From Psammoneis japonica (taxonomy: Eukaryota), in contig QPGO01000020.1 of NCBI GenBank assembly GCA_008632985.1, positions 496,001 through 560,000 on the forward strand: a DNA stretch of 64,000 bases, written 5' to 3'. A model generated the notes under the pieces. The model ran no database searches, had not been told where the DNA came from, and saw only the letters and a list, made by a program, of their open reading frames with translations. The translations under genes and the position numbers were made by a program. Shown in pieces: positions 1-12,354 of this stretch. Every line of letters starts with the position of its first letter. Position 1 is the stretch's first letter.

Positions 1-690
1 TTCTGGATGTCAAAACCTGCCACTGATCTGGAGATTGAAGTGTCAATGAAAGATGACGAGGACAAGGCATTGAATCCTCTAACATCAAAAGAGGCACCAG
101 CAGAAGATGGGTGCGGAGCTCCGCCTGAAATGAGATCCGCAGAAATGCAAGGCAACCTGCAAAATTGGAACCCAGACATGCAGCTCAAAATGAATGAAAA
201 AGTGATGGGAGGTGACGCATTCAAGGAATTGGATTCCAAGACAGAAGCAACACTTGAGGTTGAAAAAGAGCCGGTGGCCAAGTCATCTGAGGAGAAAGGG
301 CCAGGCGCCGAGGGTGCGATGTGGAGTCTCAATGCGGAGCCAGCAGTGACCCAACCCATGGAGAAGGAGACCACCGAGATGAATGAAAATGTTGATGAAG
401 AAGATTCCCCGGAAGTTGTTGGGAAGTGGACAGGCAGAACACCACTTGCCCCACGACCATGTGTGGCTGGTGTGGCCGCCTCCAGACTGCTTGGGAGATT
501 TTGACCCTAAATGTTGCGCAAGGATGACGGGTGACAGTGAGCTGTTCCCCACAGTGCTTGGCATGGCACCCCCAGCACTGTCGAGTGCACACGGAAGAAG
601 TGAATGTGTCGTTGTGCCAGCCTGTGAGGCCGCTCCTCAACTCATGGGGACAGAGAATGACACCCAGCTGACATTTTCGATCAAGAGTTC
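1..690. other. TpA-depleted block (end of a decayed repeat/TE-like region) containing a Tyr-free acidic ORF 7..504
   Basis: Very few TA dinucleotides up to ~690, then normal TA use; ORF 7..504 has no Tyr and no recognisable domain. Confidence 0.5.
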
Positions 691-1040
691 ATTTCCTTGT
701 TACGCTGAGTGGTGTTCATTGTAGAGAAGAGCTCAAAAGTAGATACTATCCATTATGAATAAATCCAACATTAGTCTCGGCCTCTGATTCTTTCTCCTGC
801 TAGGGAGCCCACGAGGAACCGAATGCAAACGTGCCAGCCTCCCGTCAAAACTTGAAAAGCGTGACTGACTGTCGGCTTTTCTACAGGCTTCTCCAGTACA
901 GTTTCTACGCATTCACGAATGGTGTCAGCCTCAGCAACGAGCGACCGTCTCACTCACCACAAACCACACAAAAATCCAACACTGTTGAATTGAAACACCC
1001 TGTACCAATCTCTATCTGTCTTGATACTATTACCCCCATT

Positions 1041-3050
1041 ATGATTGCATACATTGCACTAATCATACTCTTTATGAATCTCCTGCTACGTGTATATCAC
1101 GGTAAGCAGAACCACGGCCGAATCGTCAGCGGTTTCCTTTGGAATTCGTGCGTTACTGTAAACAAGATTCGATGCACGATTCACGCTGTCGTGTCCTTTG
1201 TCCTTGCGGTCTGTAAAGTTCTCCTCGCTTTATATGCTGTGACATTCATATACTTGGTGTTGAAGTCAATTGGCAGTTATGTCTATTACTTGTACCGCCG
1301 AATTATGGACATTGACGACCTGACGACTCTTCTTTATGATCGAGCGTGCGATGCTGTTGCGGCTATTCTTGCGGTTGCAGTGGTTGTATGGACCATGTAT
1401 TATGCCGTATATGTTCCATTGCGATTTTTATCCCCATGGCTGCTGCTCTTGAAGCGTAAGCTATTTTGTCGCGGTCGGATCAGATGGAGACCGGACCGAA
1501 TGCTTGTTCAAGGCATTGACGTTGGTGACTCTCCTCCAGTCCCAACCGGCGTGGTTGCTCCACGAGGACTTCGGATCCCTCGATACACTCGTGTAATACC
1601 CGTATTGGATGAACAGCGATTGGCTGCAGCTCTGCGTGAGTTTGAATGGAAGCAGGACCAATGCATTCGTGAATGTCAATCGCACCCAAGATATGATCAC
1701 TGGCGTGGATGGGAACGGACTCCAGCGGCCATTGAACCAGCTGATGCCATGGGCAACAATCCTACTGCGGTGGAGGATGTAGCTCCTGAAGCTGATGATA
1801 CTGTTGATCCTTGGGATGCCTTGAACGAGCCTGCTGTGGATGTTGACGATGCTCCAGTCGATGTGGAGGTGGGCGTTCCTGTTGCCGTAGTAAAGGAACC
1901 TGTGGCTGAAGCATTAGACGATTCTGCAGTAGCTGTTGACGACGCCAAGCGCAAAGTATGTGGTCGCGGTCGGATCAGATGGAGACCGGACCGAATGCTT
2001 GTTCAAGGCATTGTCGTTGGTGACTCTCCTCCAGTCCCAACCGGCGTGGTTGCTCCAAAAGTTCTTCGACATCCAAAGTATACGACCAAGATTCCAGTGC
2101 TATCGGGTCAGACGTTGAACGTTGCATTGAGACGAATCGACGAGAAGCATGACAAGCTGGCTCGGCAGTATCATCAGCGGCATTTAGGGTGGCTGCCAGA
2201 TGAAGACCTGATCAAGAATATCTTTGTCGGTGACCTTCCTCCAATCCCAACTGGCGTGGTTGCTAAACCTGTTCTTCGACGTCCACGTTACACTCGGGTT
2301 CTTCCCCTCCTGAATGATCAGCAGTTGACTGCGGCGCTGCTTGAGTTTGACTCGAAACAAAACCTGTACATTCATGGATGTCAATCGCACCCAAGATATG
2401 ATCACTGGCGTGGATGGGTACGGACTCCAGCGGCAATTGAACCGGTCGAGGCCATTTTTACTCCGCCAGATGCAGTGGTTGAGGAACCCATTGCTGATCC
2501 TGCTATTGCTGTTGATGATGATCCTGTCACCGAGGAGGAAGCTGTTCCGGTGGATGTAGTCGTTGAAGGGCGTGAGGAGCCAGACGATGCTTTGGATGCT
2601 CCACCAGACGAGGAAGTACCGATGGACGATTCAGAGGATCCTGTAGGCGTCGGGTTACTGCAACACGACCTTGTTCCAGAAGGAGAGGGTGAAGAGGAAC
2701 CCTTGGGGGAAGTCGTTCCGGCAGCTGACGAGGAGCCTGATGATGCCTTGAATGATCCACCAGATGTGGAACAACCGATGGACGATTCGGAGGAACCTGT
2801 GGACGATGGGTTAGTGCAACATGACATTATGCCAGAAGGAGAGGATCAAGACGTGGAGAACGCGGAGTTGCCAGACGAAAACGTCGATCCGGTAGGCATT
2901 GTTGTTGTTGCAAGAAACGAGGAGAAAGTAGCCCGTCCTGTCTCTTTGAGACGCTCGCCTAGGCTCGGTGGAGTAACGGGCAGTGTCTTCCTTTCGTCTA
3001 ATACTGGGCGTGTCGTGCGTAGATCCGCAAGGATCATGAGTCGCCGCTAG
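1041..3050 (+). CDS. Hypothetical protein: N-terminal hydrophobic (TM-like) segments, three internal repeats, acidic region, basic C-terminal RRSPRL/RRSARI motifs
   Basis: Uninterrupted ORF (track 831..3050; first ATG at 1041), normal TpA/Tyr content, internally repeated modules. Confidence 0.65.
   Translation: MIAYIALIILFMNLLLRVYHGKQNHGRIVSGFLWNSCVTVNKIRCTIHAVVSFVLAVCKVLLALYAVTFIYLVLKSIGSYVYYLYRRIMDIDDLTTLLYDRACDAVAAILAVAVVVWTMYYAVYVPLRFLSPWLLLLKRKLFCRGRIRWRPDRMLVQGIDVGDSPPVPTGVVAPRGLRIPRYTRVIPVLDEQRLAAALREFEWKQDQCIRECQSHPRYDHWRGWERTPAAIEPADAMGNNPTAVEDVAPEADDTVDPWDALNEPAVDVDDAPVDVEVGVPVAVVKEPVAEALDDSAVAVDDAKRKVCGRGRIRWRPDRMLVQGIVVGDSPPVPTGVVAPKVLRHPKYTTKIPVLSGQTLNVALRRIDEKHDKLARQYHQRHLGWLPDEDLIKNIFVGDLPPIPTGVVAKPVLRRPRYTRVLPLLNDQQLTAALLEFDSKQNLYIHGCQSHPRYDHWRGWVRTPAAIEPVEAIFTPPDAVVEEPIADPAIAVDDDPVTEEEAVPVDVVVEGREEPDDALDAPPDEEVPMDDSEDPVGVGLLQHDLVPEGEGEEEPLGEVVPAADEEPDDALNDPPDVEQPMDDSEEPVDDGLVQHDIMPEGEDQDVENAELPDENVDPVGIVVVARNEEKVARPVSLRRSPRLGGVTGSVFLSSNTGRVVRRSARIMSRR
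1467..2445 (+). repeat. Three in-frame copies of a module (GRIRWRPDRMLVQGI.VGDSPPVPTGVVAP...CQSHPRYDHWRGW.RTPAAIEP) at ~1467-1740, ~1963-2160 and ~2200-2445
   Basis: Near-identical DNA: gtcgcggtcggatcagatggagaccggaccgaatgcttgttcaaggcattg at 1468 and 1963; gtcaatcgcacccaagatatgatcactggcgtggatggg at ~1675 and ~2380. Confidence 0.9.
2574..2845 (+). repeat. Two in-frame copies of an acidic repeat (EEPDDAL..PPD.E.PMDDSE.PV..GL.QHD..PEGE)
   Basis: Visible at both DNA and protein level. Confidence 0.85.
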
Positions 3051-3818
3051 ATTCATTAACTGCTTGTTTTGTACTGTTGGACATCGAGCATGCATGGGGG
3101 CATCTCTTGGTTCCATTTCACGGTACAATGCAGCTTTTGTGCGCATCAAAGACTCGCCAACATTGCACGAGTTTGTCGTGCAATTCAAATACCATGGGGT
3201 GCGCTCGTTGTGCTACGCTACATTCGAATGCACCCCCAATGTAAGTCGATTTCGTGTCTATTTTGCTTTTCATTCGAGATTTGTTTACTGACATTGCTTT
3301 TCATCTTCATTTTGTCGACAAAGAAATACACCCTCACACCGGTTCGACCACCCAACTTGAAACGATGCGGCAGTCAGTCTTTGTTGAAATACCAAGGTTC
3401 AAGTAACAGTGGGTCCCGCCCCGCGACTTATGTTTTCCGGAACAAAATGTGTACCAGGCATGATTGGTGCTTCAACGATATGACGACTCTGTATTTGCTC
3501 AAGACCCGCGGTAGTCAATGAACCAAACCCTTACTTATTTCGGACGCGGAGAATGAATTGTGGAAGAATGAAAAGAATAAGGTAAGTAGTGGCGTCACGG
3601 AATGGTTCTGTCTATGCGCCAGGAAGGATAGCGGCTCCTCTCTATGGTAATAAACGATGGAAGGCATTCTGTGGCGCCTAGAATAAATATAGAACTTTGT
3701 TATTCATGTAGCTTTTCAATCTTCTCGTTCAAATGGATCCCCATACAATCTTGTTGTTGCCAAACATAACCATTGCTAGGAGGCTTGATCCACACTCTGC
3801 ATCGCGGCTTTTGGCTAT

Positions 3819-4108
3819 GGCCCGTTGCCGATTGGCGTCAAGTTGTAGCCATGGAAATCGAATTCAGGGAGAGAAGCCTATAGAGTAGGATCAACACATA
3901 CCGGGTTAGTACATGCAGTGTCATGCTAAAGTTCTATTTTGTAGTTCAGAATATACTTTGTGTTCTCTACGGCCTGTTCCCGATTGGCGTCAAGGAAGCG
4001 ATCGGCCCTAGTAGTAGTAGCCCGCGAAACCAAACCGAAGGAGAGAAGCCTAGAGAGTAGGATGAAATACATACCGGTGGGGCTAGTTCATGCAGCGTAA
4101 TGCTTAAG
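3819..4108 (+). repeat. Imperfect tandem duplication (~110-140 bp units at ~3819-3931 and ~3971-4108)
   Basis: Shared ccgattggcgtcaag ... ggagagaagccta.agagtaggat.aa..cataccgg ... catgcag.gt.atgct. Confidence 0.75.
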
Positions 4109-4153
4109 AAGTGGTAGTTTTAATCGTTTGTTTTACTGCTTGGCTTCGGGCAT

Positions 4154-6720
4154 TTATCTCTGAACGATGGTGATGCGACCTCCCAAACTCAGAGCAATGC
4201 AATGTATCTTGGAACGAATCCGTTTGTATCCAGCCAACTTGCCGTCGTTGTCATCCTTCTTCCTATTAACAACGGCGTCTTCACCAAAATCACTACCAAA
4301 ATCAACAATAGCACGCTTGTGTTAGTTCACGGTTTAAAGACAACGAAACTCGAGCTCTATCAGCGAATAGACATGATACACCACTGCGCTAAAGTACGCC
4401 TAAGGATTGATCCACACGGGTACGCACCCGTGCTTGCAATAGTGCTGCATACGTCGCAAGGTACCTTGTCGGTGCCAACAGTTTCGCGAGAAGTTTCTTT
4501 CTCCCGGTAGTGACAGTCACTGCTCATGAAAAAGCGTGATACAGTACGCAGTATTCAACACGAAACCGCGCCGGGAAACAATCGGAAAGCGCGAATCGAC
4601 AACAAGCACTGTCTTACTTGCGTAGAGATTGGCGGCAAGGAAGTTCACCATTTCCGAAGTGTCGTGCGGAGTGAGGCAACGCATGTTGGTCGACTCGACA
4701 ACGTGATTGAGAAAACCCAATAAGTTGGGAATCAAGGTTGAAATGGCAACCTTGTTTTCCCATTCAAACTCGGCCCACATGAATCGAAAGGCTTCGTCGG
4801 TACAAGTTGCGGGGCAAATGTATTACTTAATGTCCATGTGAATATCATTGAGATTGATGTATCCCTTCTCTCGTGTCGCCGTGTCTTCGTAGACAATGGC
4901 TCCAAAGATGTGCCCCGCATCTCGGTGGAGAAGACCTTGATGGAGGCGCTAACGGTGACCTGATCGAGAGGGCCAATATTTTGAGACTGCGGTCGTTCGA
5001 CATTCTTCATGTCTCACCTATGGAGGCGAGCTCCACCGCCAAGTTGGCTAGTGTGTTGGGAGTAAGATTGATGACCAGAATCTCTGACAAAGGCCTTCGC
5101 GTAGACATTATCCGCAAACCCACTGAGTTGGTAGACATGATTCAGTTCGAACTAAGCACATCGTTGGCACCGGCATAACCAGTGGCACGTTCCAAATCGT
5201 CTGCGTCGTCAAGGTCGACATCACCACCCTGAACAGCCATGGAAACCTACTGACGAAAGCGGATCAAGTCGTTAGGCTGCGCCGTGACGAGTTTGCCTGC
5301 GTCGTCCTCACCGTCGGTCGAATCATCGTTGGTTTGTTTGTCCTTGAGTGTCTTGAGAAACCGGGCAGACGTTGCATTGCCATCGTTCAGGAGAGCGTCC
5401 TTGAGTAAAGCCTTGGATTCCAACAGCGCACGGCAAACGTGTAATGCGTTCTGAACAATCAGCCACGGCGGGACGCTGAGCTGAAGCGCTGACCTCGGCC
5501 ATTTTGACTACACCACACATGATAAGCAGCGTATCGGACGTCATTTTCGTAATCACCAATGGGTCCACTAGAGGCAGATCCGTAGCCCTCAAACACAAAA
5601 AGAAGCTAGAACGGTTCACAAGACATCTTGCGCAAATGATCTCATTATCTGACTCGTCCGGAAGAACGGCTTCGGAGTAGACGGTCTGGGTTGCATAAGT
5701 ACCGTCGGCCAACACAACGTTCTTGGTAATCATTTTGGGAGCCTCTCCTTCTTCGTGCTTCCCTTCATGGTTGTCTTCCTTGGCAATCAAGAATAGGGTC
5801 GGACTTAGCTGTTCCAAAATAGTTTCAAAGGTCACCACTATGGTTTCCTCCGTATCCGATTATTCGCCAAAGATCCAGAGGCATACCGGTACGCACATAA
5901 CGTTGCTAGAAGAAATGTCCTCATCGGCACCCAACAACTTGGGCAAGATGGATCTTGGCAGTGCGGGGTACTGTTTGACAGTGGCTCATGACAAAATAGC
6001 AACCTACATGCCACCATCAGTGTCCAAAAAGTCCATAAAGGTAAAAGCAACCGACTCGGCAACATTGGTGAATCGCACAGCGCATCCGTGAATGGCACGA
6101 ATCAGCATGTTCCGGTAGGCCATGCCCTAAGCTTCCGCCATGGTGAAGTCCTGCTGTTTGAGCCGTCTTAGCAATCTCGCGCTTGAGCGTCGATACCACA
6201 TCAGCGATATTACGAGGGGTGACAATGTCCATTACAACATCGAGGACCTTCTTGCAGATATCAGCGCTTGGGGACCTAAGAGCACGAGGAATGTCCATGG
6301 GCAGCTCCCGCAAGATCTTGCAATGACGAGTCTTGAGGTCTCCCCCCAATCGCTCAAGAACAATAAGCATGATGTTGTTGTCATTCTTGCTATTCAGAAA
6401 GTTCGTAAACGTGACAGCGGCAGCCTGAGTGGTAGCTGGCGCCAAAGAAAGCGATACTAGAGTCCAAACTGCCTCGTAGGACACGGCAGCAGACGTGCTG
6501 GAAAGCATCTAACACAAGACCCGGACAAATCGTGACTTTTGGGTAGGATCACGATGACACATCTTACAAGTTAGTTCCAGAACAAGCAAGGCGAATCAAT
6601 CTCCGCAGCCCTATTTGCCAACGTCGTCCATGTTTTGGGCCAAGAACTGAATGGCCAAATTCTCCGACTGACTGAAAAGCACGAGAAAAGCGTTTCTCCT
6701 CGCAGCCATTTCTGCTTCGA
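4154..6720 (-). pseudogene. COPB1: Coatomer subunit beta pseudogene (5'-truncated, frameshifts/stops, retains an intron ~4295-4617)
   Basis: Motifs [67 protein letters not shown]|gtaag...FGEDA, GYKRIRSK..IALSLGGRITIVQR* spread over several frames. Confidence 0.9.
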
Positions 6721-8074
6721 ATGCTTGGAAACGACGGCATTTTCTTTTTCAAACCCAATTCGATTTCCGTGTCTTCCTTTTCGTCGCAAGCGTCGGCATT
6801 TAAAATCAAAATTTGGAGTTTGACTGGGGCAGGACCAGAGCAAGTAGCGAGAGCCTTCAAAATACCACATGTGCACATGATAGACGGTCTGAAAGCAGGA
6901 GAGGGGAGATCAACGACAACGAACGGACAGATTCTATGATAAGGTCGGCATGCTCATCGAATCGGTACCTTGGAACACGAAAGAACTGTCTGGTAAGGAC
7001 GCAATCCGGAGGACACAGTCGATGGCGCCGTTTTCTGTGGCCTCGGCCGGCACATCCCTCGAGCATCTCGCTGTTGGACTTAAGGATTCTCGAACAGTTT
7101 CAAGAATGTTGGCAAGAGCAGCCAATGCGTGATAAAGTTCGATCCGAATGTCCAGCTCTGCGGAAACACGGGAGCCTTCGTTCCTCGGTTCGCGTGAAGT
7201 TACGCGGGTCCGCGTGTCATGTGTCATCCAGATCTTCCACATCCTCGCACAGGACCACAGAGCTATCGCCTTGGCAGCTTTGTCTCTGCAAAGATGCAAC
7301 ATAACGTTTCTTACAGGGTGCAAGTCTTACTAAATAGCCTGTGTGTACAAGATAGCCTCAACGGCCCACGGCTGCGTGATTCCGCAATCGATGCGAAAGA
7401 TGGAATTGCCAATAAATTGATTTTTTCCCTTACTGCGTCGACGAGCATTGGAAATGTGTGTTAAACACGAGAATAATTGAAAGGGGAGGCAGTCTGAAGA
7501 ATCTTCAACAGCGCAGCAGCACTCACGAGATGCTGTAACGTCGTCAATTGAACTTGCATCTTTGGTGACTTCGTATCTTCACCTGACAGCACAGCTCAGC
7601 GTCATACTGTATACCGCAACCCCTCCTTTTCTGCAGCAAGAATGAGGACTTTGTATTCTGCCATTTCCCAGGTGTTACTCTTGACTTTATTAGACTGCCA
7701 TGAACGATCGCAACCTCTCTCGTCATATCATGTGGATAATGCTGTTGGGAGTTGAAAATTGAAATGGTTCATTTCTGGTTGCATGCTGAAAAGATTACAC
7801 GGCTAACGTACAGACAGTACGAGGACTGAACGGTAATTCCCCTTTGTAGGATCTGGTACGCTTTCTAACATTTATTTCCCTAAGTAGAAGCGTACGAGTT
7901 TGCCGCAGTACTTTCAGGTATAAACGATATACGGGGACATTGGAATAACAAATGTACAAAATTTTGAAATCAGAATTTCTCCCTCCGACCTCCTCCGCAA
8001 AACAAGAGGCCGAAGCGACAAAAAAAAAAGATTGAGAGAAGACACATCACATCGCACATACAGCGAACCATGGC

Positions 8075-8283
8075 ATGGCGTCGTCAGCGGCTGTCCTGTC
8101 GAAACGCGTCAGTCTTCCCAAGTCGGGTGGAGATGCAGTTATTCTGTCGTTAAATCGTCCCGATCGTCTGTACTGTTTCAACACACAAGTTTGCGAATTG
8201 TTGTCGAGACATGTTTCCGAGTAGTTGGTTTTGGATGCAGAAAATGTGGTTGCAGTGTTTTTGACGGGAGAAGGGAGATCAAA
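8075..8283 (+). pseudogene. N-terminal fragment of an enoyl-CoA hydratase/isomerase (crotonase) family gene
   Basis: MASSAAVLSKRVSLPKSGGDAVILSLNRPDRLYCFN...*LVLDAENVVAVFLTGEGRS matches the crotonase LNRP...LTG.GR pattern; in-frame TAG; truncated. Confidence 0.7.
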
Positions 8284-9689
8284 TTGGCGCGATGGTAGGA
8301 ATGTCCAAGGATCGGCATCACAACGTTGCAGGGACAGCAGCAGCGATCGATTTTTACACAATTTGAAAACCCGGTGCAACAAAGAGTATTCGAGTCGTAA
8401 CAATCGAGTATCGAGTACTCTCGGTAATAAGGGCTTGACTGTGAGCGACATTGCCAGAGAAGAAGAATTGCGGTGGTTACGTTGAAAGCAATTCAACAAT
8501 GGCAACCATCCAACACGAGAGTGATCACGCGCAGCACTTGCAGAACGTCTGCAGGAAAATGGAGGATATGTCATTCTTGACCTCGGCAAAAGCAATCAAG
8601 CAGGTGGAGAAACTGATATTACGGCGGACATGTGGTCCAGATGCTTCCACCACAGCATTTCGTTCCTTCTGATGATCATGCCGAGAGCACGAAATCTTGG
8701 ATGTGAAGGCAGATTCTTGCTCGGGAGAACCAGCAGGGTAAGAAGAAAACGTCACTTGTGGCCGTTCTGGGTGAGGACGGCACAAGGGCAGCTGAACGCT
8801 CTTTTGATCTGTTGTTGAATGTTGCGACAAGTGCGGTTCATGAAGTGTTACCTTTCATACAAAAATGGCAAAGACAAAACAGAGACAACGCTAGAGCAGA
8901 CACCATCATAGACAGTGGGAGGGAAAACGATGATGCTTTTGGAGTTGATGACAGGCCATAGAGTTGTTTGGTCCATTGATTCTGTTAGCACCTGAGTGGT
9001 CCAAATAATAATGCATCAGAGACGCTCCGAAGCCATGCTGATTGGACACTAGTTAAAATTGTCCCTGTGGCTGCAGTCTCGGGGCCACAAGTATGAAGGT
9101 CTTTGGACCAGGCATGGACGTGTCCAGAAGAAACTGCTCATACGGTCAACGATGATAAATCTCGGTATAGGTGTCATGCCTGGCAAGCGGCTTGAGATGC
9201 TCACGAATGGAGCGATCCCCGCAGCTGTACATCGGGTATAGTTGTTTATTCTAACAAGAATAGCTGTCCTAGAATGCGCGAGCCCTTCGTTTTACGGCTC
9301 AGGAGGCGAGTTGCTGAGGATCTTCAGAAATAGTTTGGCCGCGAAGCAAATTCCCGATCCAACCAAATGGTATCCCCGGCGGAATGCATGAATCAATATC
9401 TTTGGGAAACTTACCGCTAAACCACTATGACATTCACTGGATTCTCATACTTGGGATAGAGTGCAATCCTTCTCACGACTCTGGCTTCTGGAGTCCCTTG
9501 CAAACCCTCTAGTTGGTACTAAAGAGACTATCATTGCGCTAGTAGTAGTCATTCAAATATTTGATAAATCCTCAGAAGAGAGTATCTTTCTCTAAGTATT
9601 TTTCTGCACCTTGTATGTCTCATCGCGGAAAAGGGAATGGAGTAGGTCGTCTACAAGCAATCATTCTCAAAGTAGGCGTCGACCTACGT

Positions 9690-10900
9690 CTACATCATTT
9701 GTATTCGAGCGTCTCCCTTGCTGTCCGTATCGTTGCTTCGACTGGTAACACTACCATCAAAGGAATATCCTTCTTCTTCCGGCCCAACCTCGGTGCGTAT
9801 CCTTGTCTTCGTTCTGCACTATGGCCATTTCCAAGTTCTTCTCTTCATTGTTCATTTGGTTATAATCATCATTGTCGCCTTCGACAATATATCCGCTCTC
9901 GGTGTATTAACCGAATTTCTTTACCATGAAGCGGGCATTCCAAATCAAAAAGGGGCGACCGCCATTCCCACCAAGCTACCGTTTGCAACCAAGTATGACG
10001 CAGAGTTAGAGAAGGCGGTCGTCACAACACTGCCCATAGCCTAAAGGTAAAAAATTGTAAAACATTTGAGGGATATACAGGTAGATGTGAGTACCCTTCA
10101 TCATATTCGAGGCGACAAGTGTGCGACGAGCTTGCGCTTACCTTGCTTCCACGTGCACCAAAGATATCAATCCACGACTTTGGCTTGTATTTGACAGCAG
10201 GCAAGGTTGGTTGGTAGAGCATTTCCTTGGTGGGATTGTTCAAGGCGTAGGAGCAAGCCTTGGCATCATTACGGCTGCAAACACAACGTAAAGGGACCGA
10301 TGAAGTCTGACAAAGACAATGATAACCAGACAGAGCAAGGAGAACAAGAGGAGCGTCAAGCGCAATCCCAAATAACGAATGACTGCATTCGTTCCCAACA
10401 TGTTCAAGAGGAAGGACAGTGTGTTGATGGCTTGCCCGAAGAGTCCCACAAGGTGGTAAAGGCGGCGGTTGCGTCTTGCGACATGACGTGGTCTCCGGCA
10501 TCAGGTTTGTGGCAACTCATACCTTCAAGACAAGGATGAAGATGATCGCCAAAGTAGTCTCACGCCAACACCTTCATGGTGTAATCATCAATGGTGACTT
10601 CAACCACGAAGAGGTATGAAATGGCGAAAATGCCCTTGACGTACTGATGGTCCCAGAATAGTTTGAGTCCTTCCAAGATTCCAGCCTTTCTTTCCTTCAC
10701 CTTGCTGTTCTTCGACCAAGAGTATACAGAGGGCACCAACAAGGTAACACTTGGCAGCAACCCAAGTCGCACCGTATCGATTCACCACAGTAGGACCAAT
10801 GATACTTCCGACTTGGGCCATGACTACCATGACTCCGTAACTGGCCTTGTCTGTCTCCAACGAAAAGTTGGAGTTGGCGAAGGACCATAAGGGCGATACC
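9690..10900 (-). pseudogene. TLC/NTT-family nucleotide (ATP/ADP) transporter fragment, degenerate
   Basis: [84 protein letters not shown]; frameshifts, stops, intron ~10045-10142. Confidence 0.8.
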
Positions 10901-10924
10901 ATGGATAGTTTACTTCTCAACCAC

Positions 10925-11279
10925 TCACCAATAACGATGAACTTGTCAGCGCAAACCTCCACAATCTTTTCCCTGGGTAAAGCTCTGCCGTCTCCCTTGC
11001 TAAGGTTGAGATCAGGATCGACTTCGTCGGCACCGTCTATAGCAACGTCCAGCTTGGAATGGGTCAACAACGGAATGTCAAGGCTATCAGCTTGATTTTT
11101 TTGTACGGATCGAAGTTGGAATGGCAAGGATGTTTTTGAGTTCACCAGACTTGAGCAATTCGCCAACACGCTCGACAGCATAGTAAGCAGTGGCTCCCAA
11201 CCACCATGCCGCTCTGAATGCAATCATCAACGGCCTTGCATCCGACCATCTTTTTCAATTCGTCCTGGCTCAACGCCAT
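10925..11279 (-). pseudogene. rpiA: Ribose-5-phosphate isomerase A 5' fragment
   Basis: [28 protein letters not shown]...AYYAVERVG...[32 protein letters not shown] (DGADE signature); deletions and frameshifts. Confidence 0.88.
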
Positions 11280-12354
11280 GGAAAGCAACACATGGTGGTG
11301 ATGTTAGCAACACGCAATCAAGATAAAAGAATGTGAAGAATCTTTATCATACGGCAGTATTTGCTGCTTGGTCCGAGCAGCTGTGGCATCCAGGGAACTC
11401 CCAAAACATCGTAGTGGCACTGAATCTCAGACGGCCTGTCATCGATCATTTTCTTTTCTTACTCCCTTTGCTTCAGTCACTCCAGTGAATGAATCGTAGC
11501 ATTGACGCCTTGTTCACCAGCACGTTGAAGAACAGAGACGACAAACATTGAGACGTGGGCCTTTCACTCAAATTTTGGCCGCTGTCATGTCGCAACTTGG
11601 AACCGGCACAGGGCAGGACCACAGCAAGCAGAGCCACTGTTGCAGTCTTTTTCGAGCAAGAGCAAATCGTCAAGGCGAAACTTGCATTTTGGGTCCACCA
11701 AAGGATGTCACAGCCACCACGAGAACAAGCGTAGTCGACTGTTCGAGTCGAGAAGTCAGGTCAACGAGGCATCATCACTCGAGCTGTCTATCTGTTGGTG
11801 TACAGTGCGTTTGCTTGTGGTTCTGGTTCCAACATACCGTATTGCTTCTTCTGCTCTTGGAAGCGACGACATCATCGTTGCGCTGTTTTTTGTTCTTGGG
11901 CGAAGGGCGAAGAGCGTGCGGTGTGTTTGGCGGAGGGAACGATACAGTATCTTGGAGTTCGGAGCTCGTCCTGTGATGAATTTGGCGAACGTCATCGGGG
12001 TTCGCATACATAATCGTCTTTTTTACACAAAATGTGATAGTAAAAGAAGCCTTTGGCTTCCCGCCACATTTTAAAAAAGAAAAATTCGAAACGCAAGCCG
12101 GACAAGCAGTTCCGAACATCACTTTGCTCATTGTTGCACGAAGCACACAAAAAATCTCCATTTGACCTTTTGAAACACAACACTCGCTTGATTGCCATGG
12201 TTGCGTCAGTTCTCTGCCAAAGGTGAGTCGATCGTCTCGTTCTCGTTGCGAATTGGATCTGCTGGAGTTAAGTCATTGAATGTCGTCCGCACACGATTAC
12301 CATGTAGACCTGAAGGCTTGGGTCCTTGACGGTTTTCCTCTGTGCGTTTGATTG

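Noticed and set aside
831..1040. GTG start for the 739-aa ORF
   Set aside because: Eukaryotic context; the first ATG at 1041 precedes the hydrophobic segment
6934..7323. 129-aa minus-strand ORF, and similar fragments at 8290-8960, 11480-11990, 42095-42487 and 45435-45818
   Set aside because: Probably gene fragments, but no family could be recognised, so they are not called
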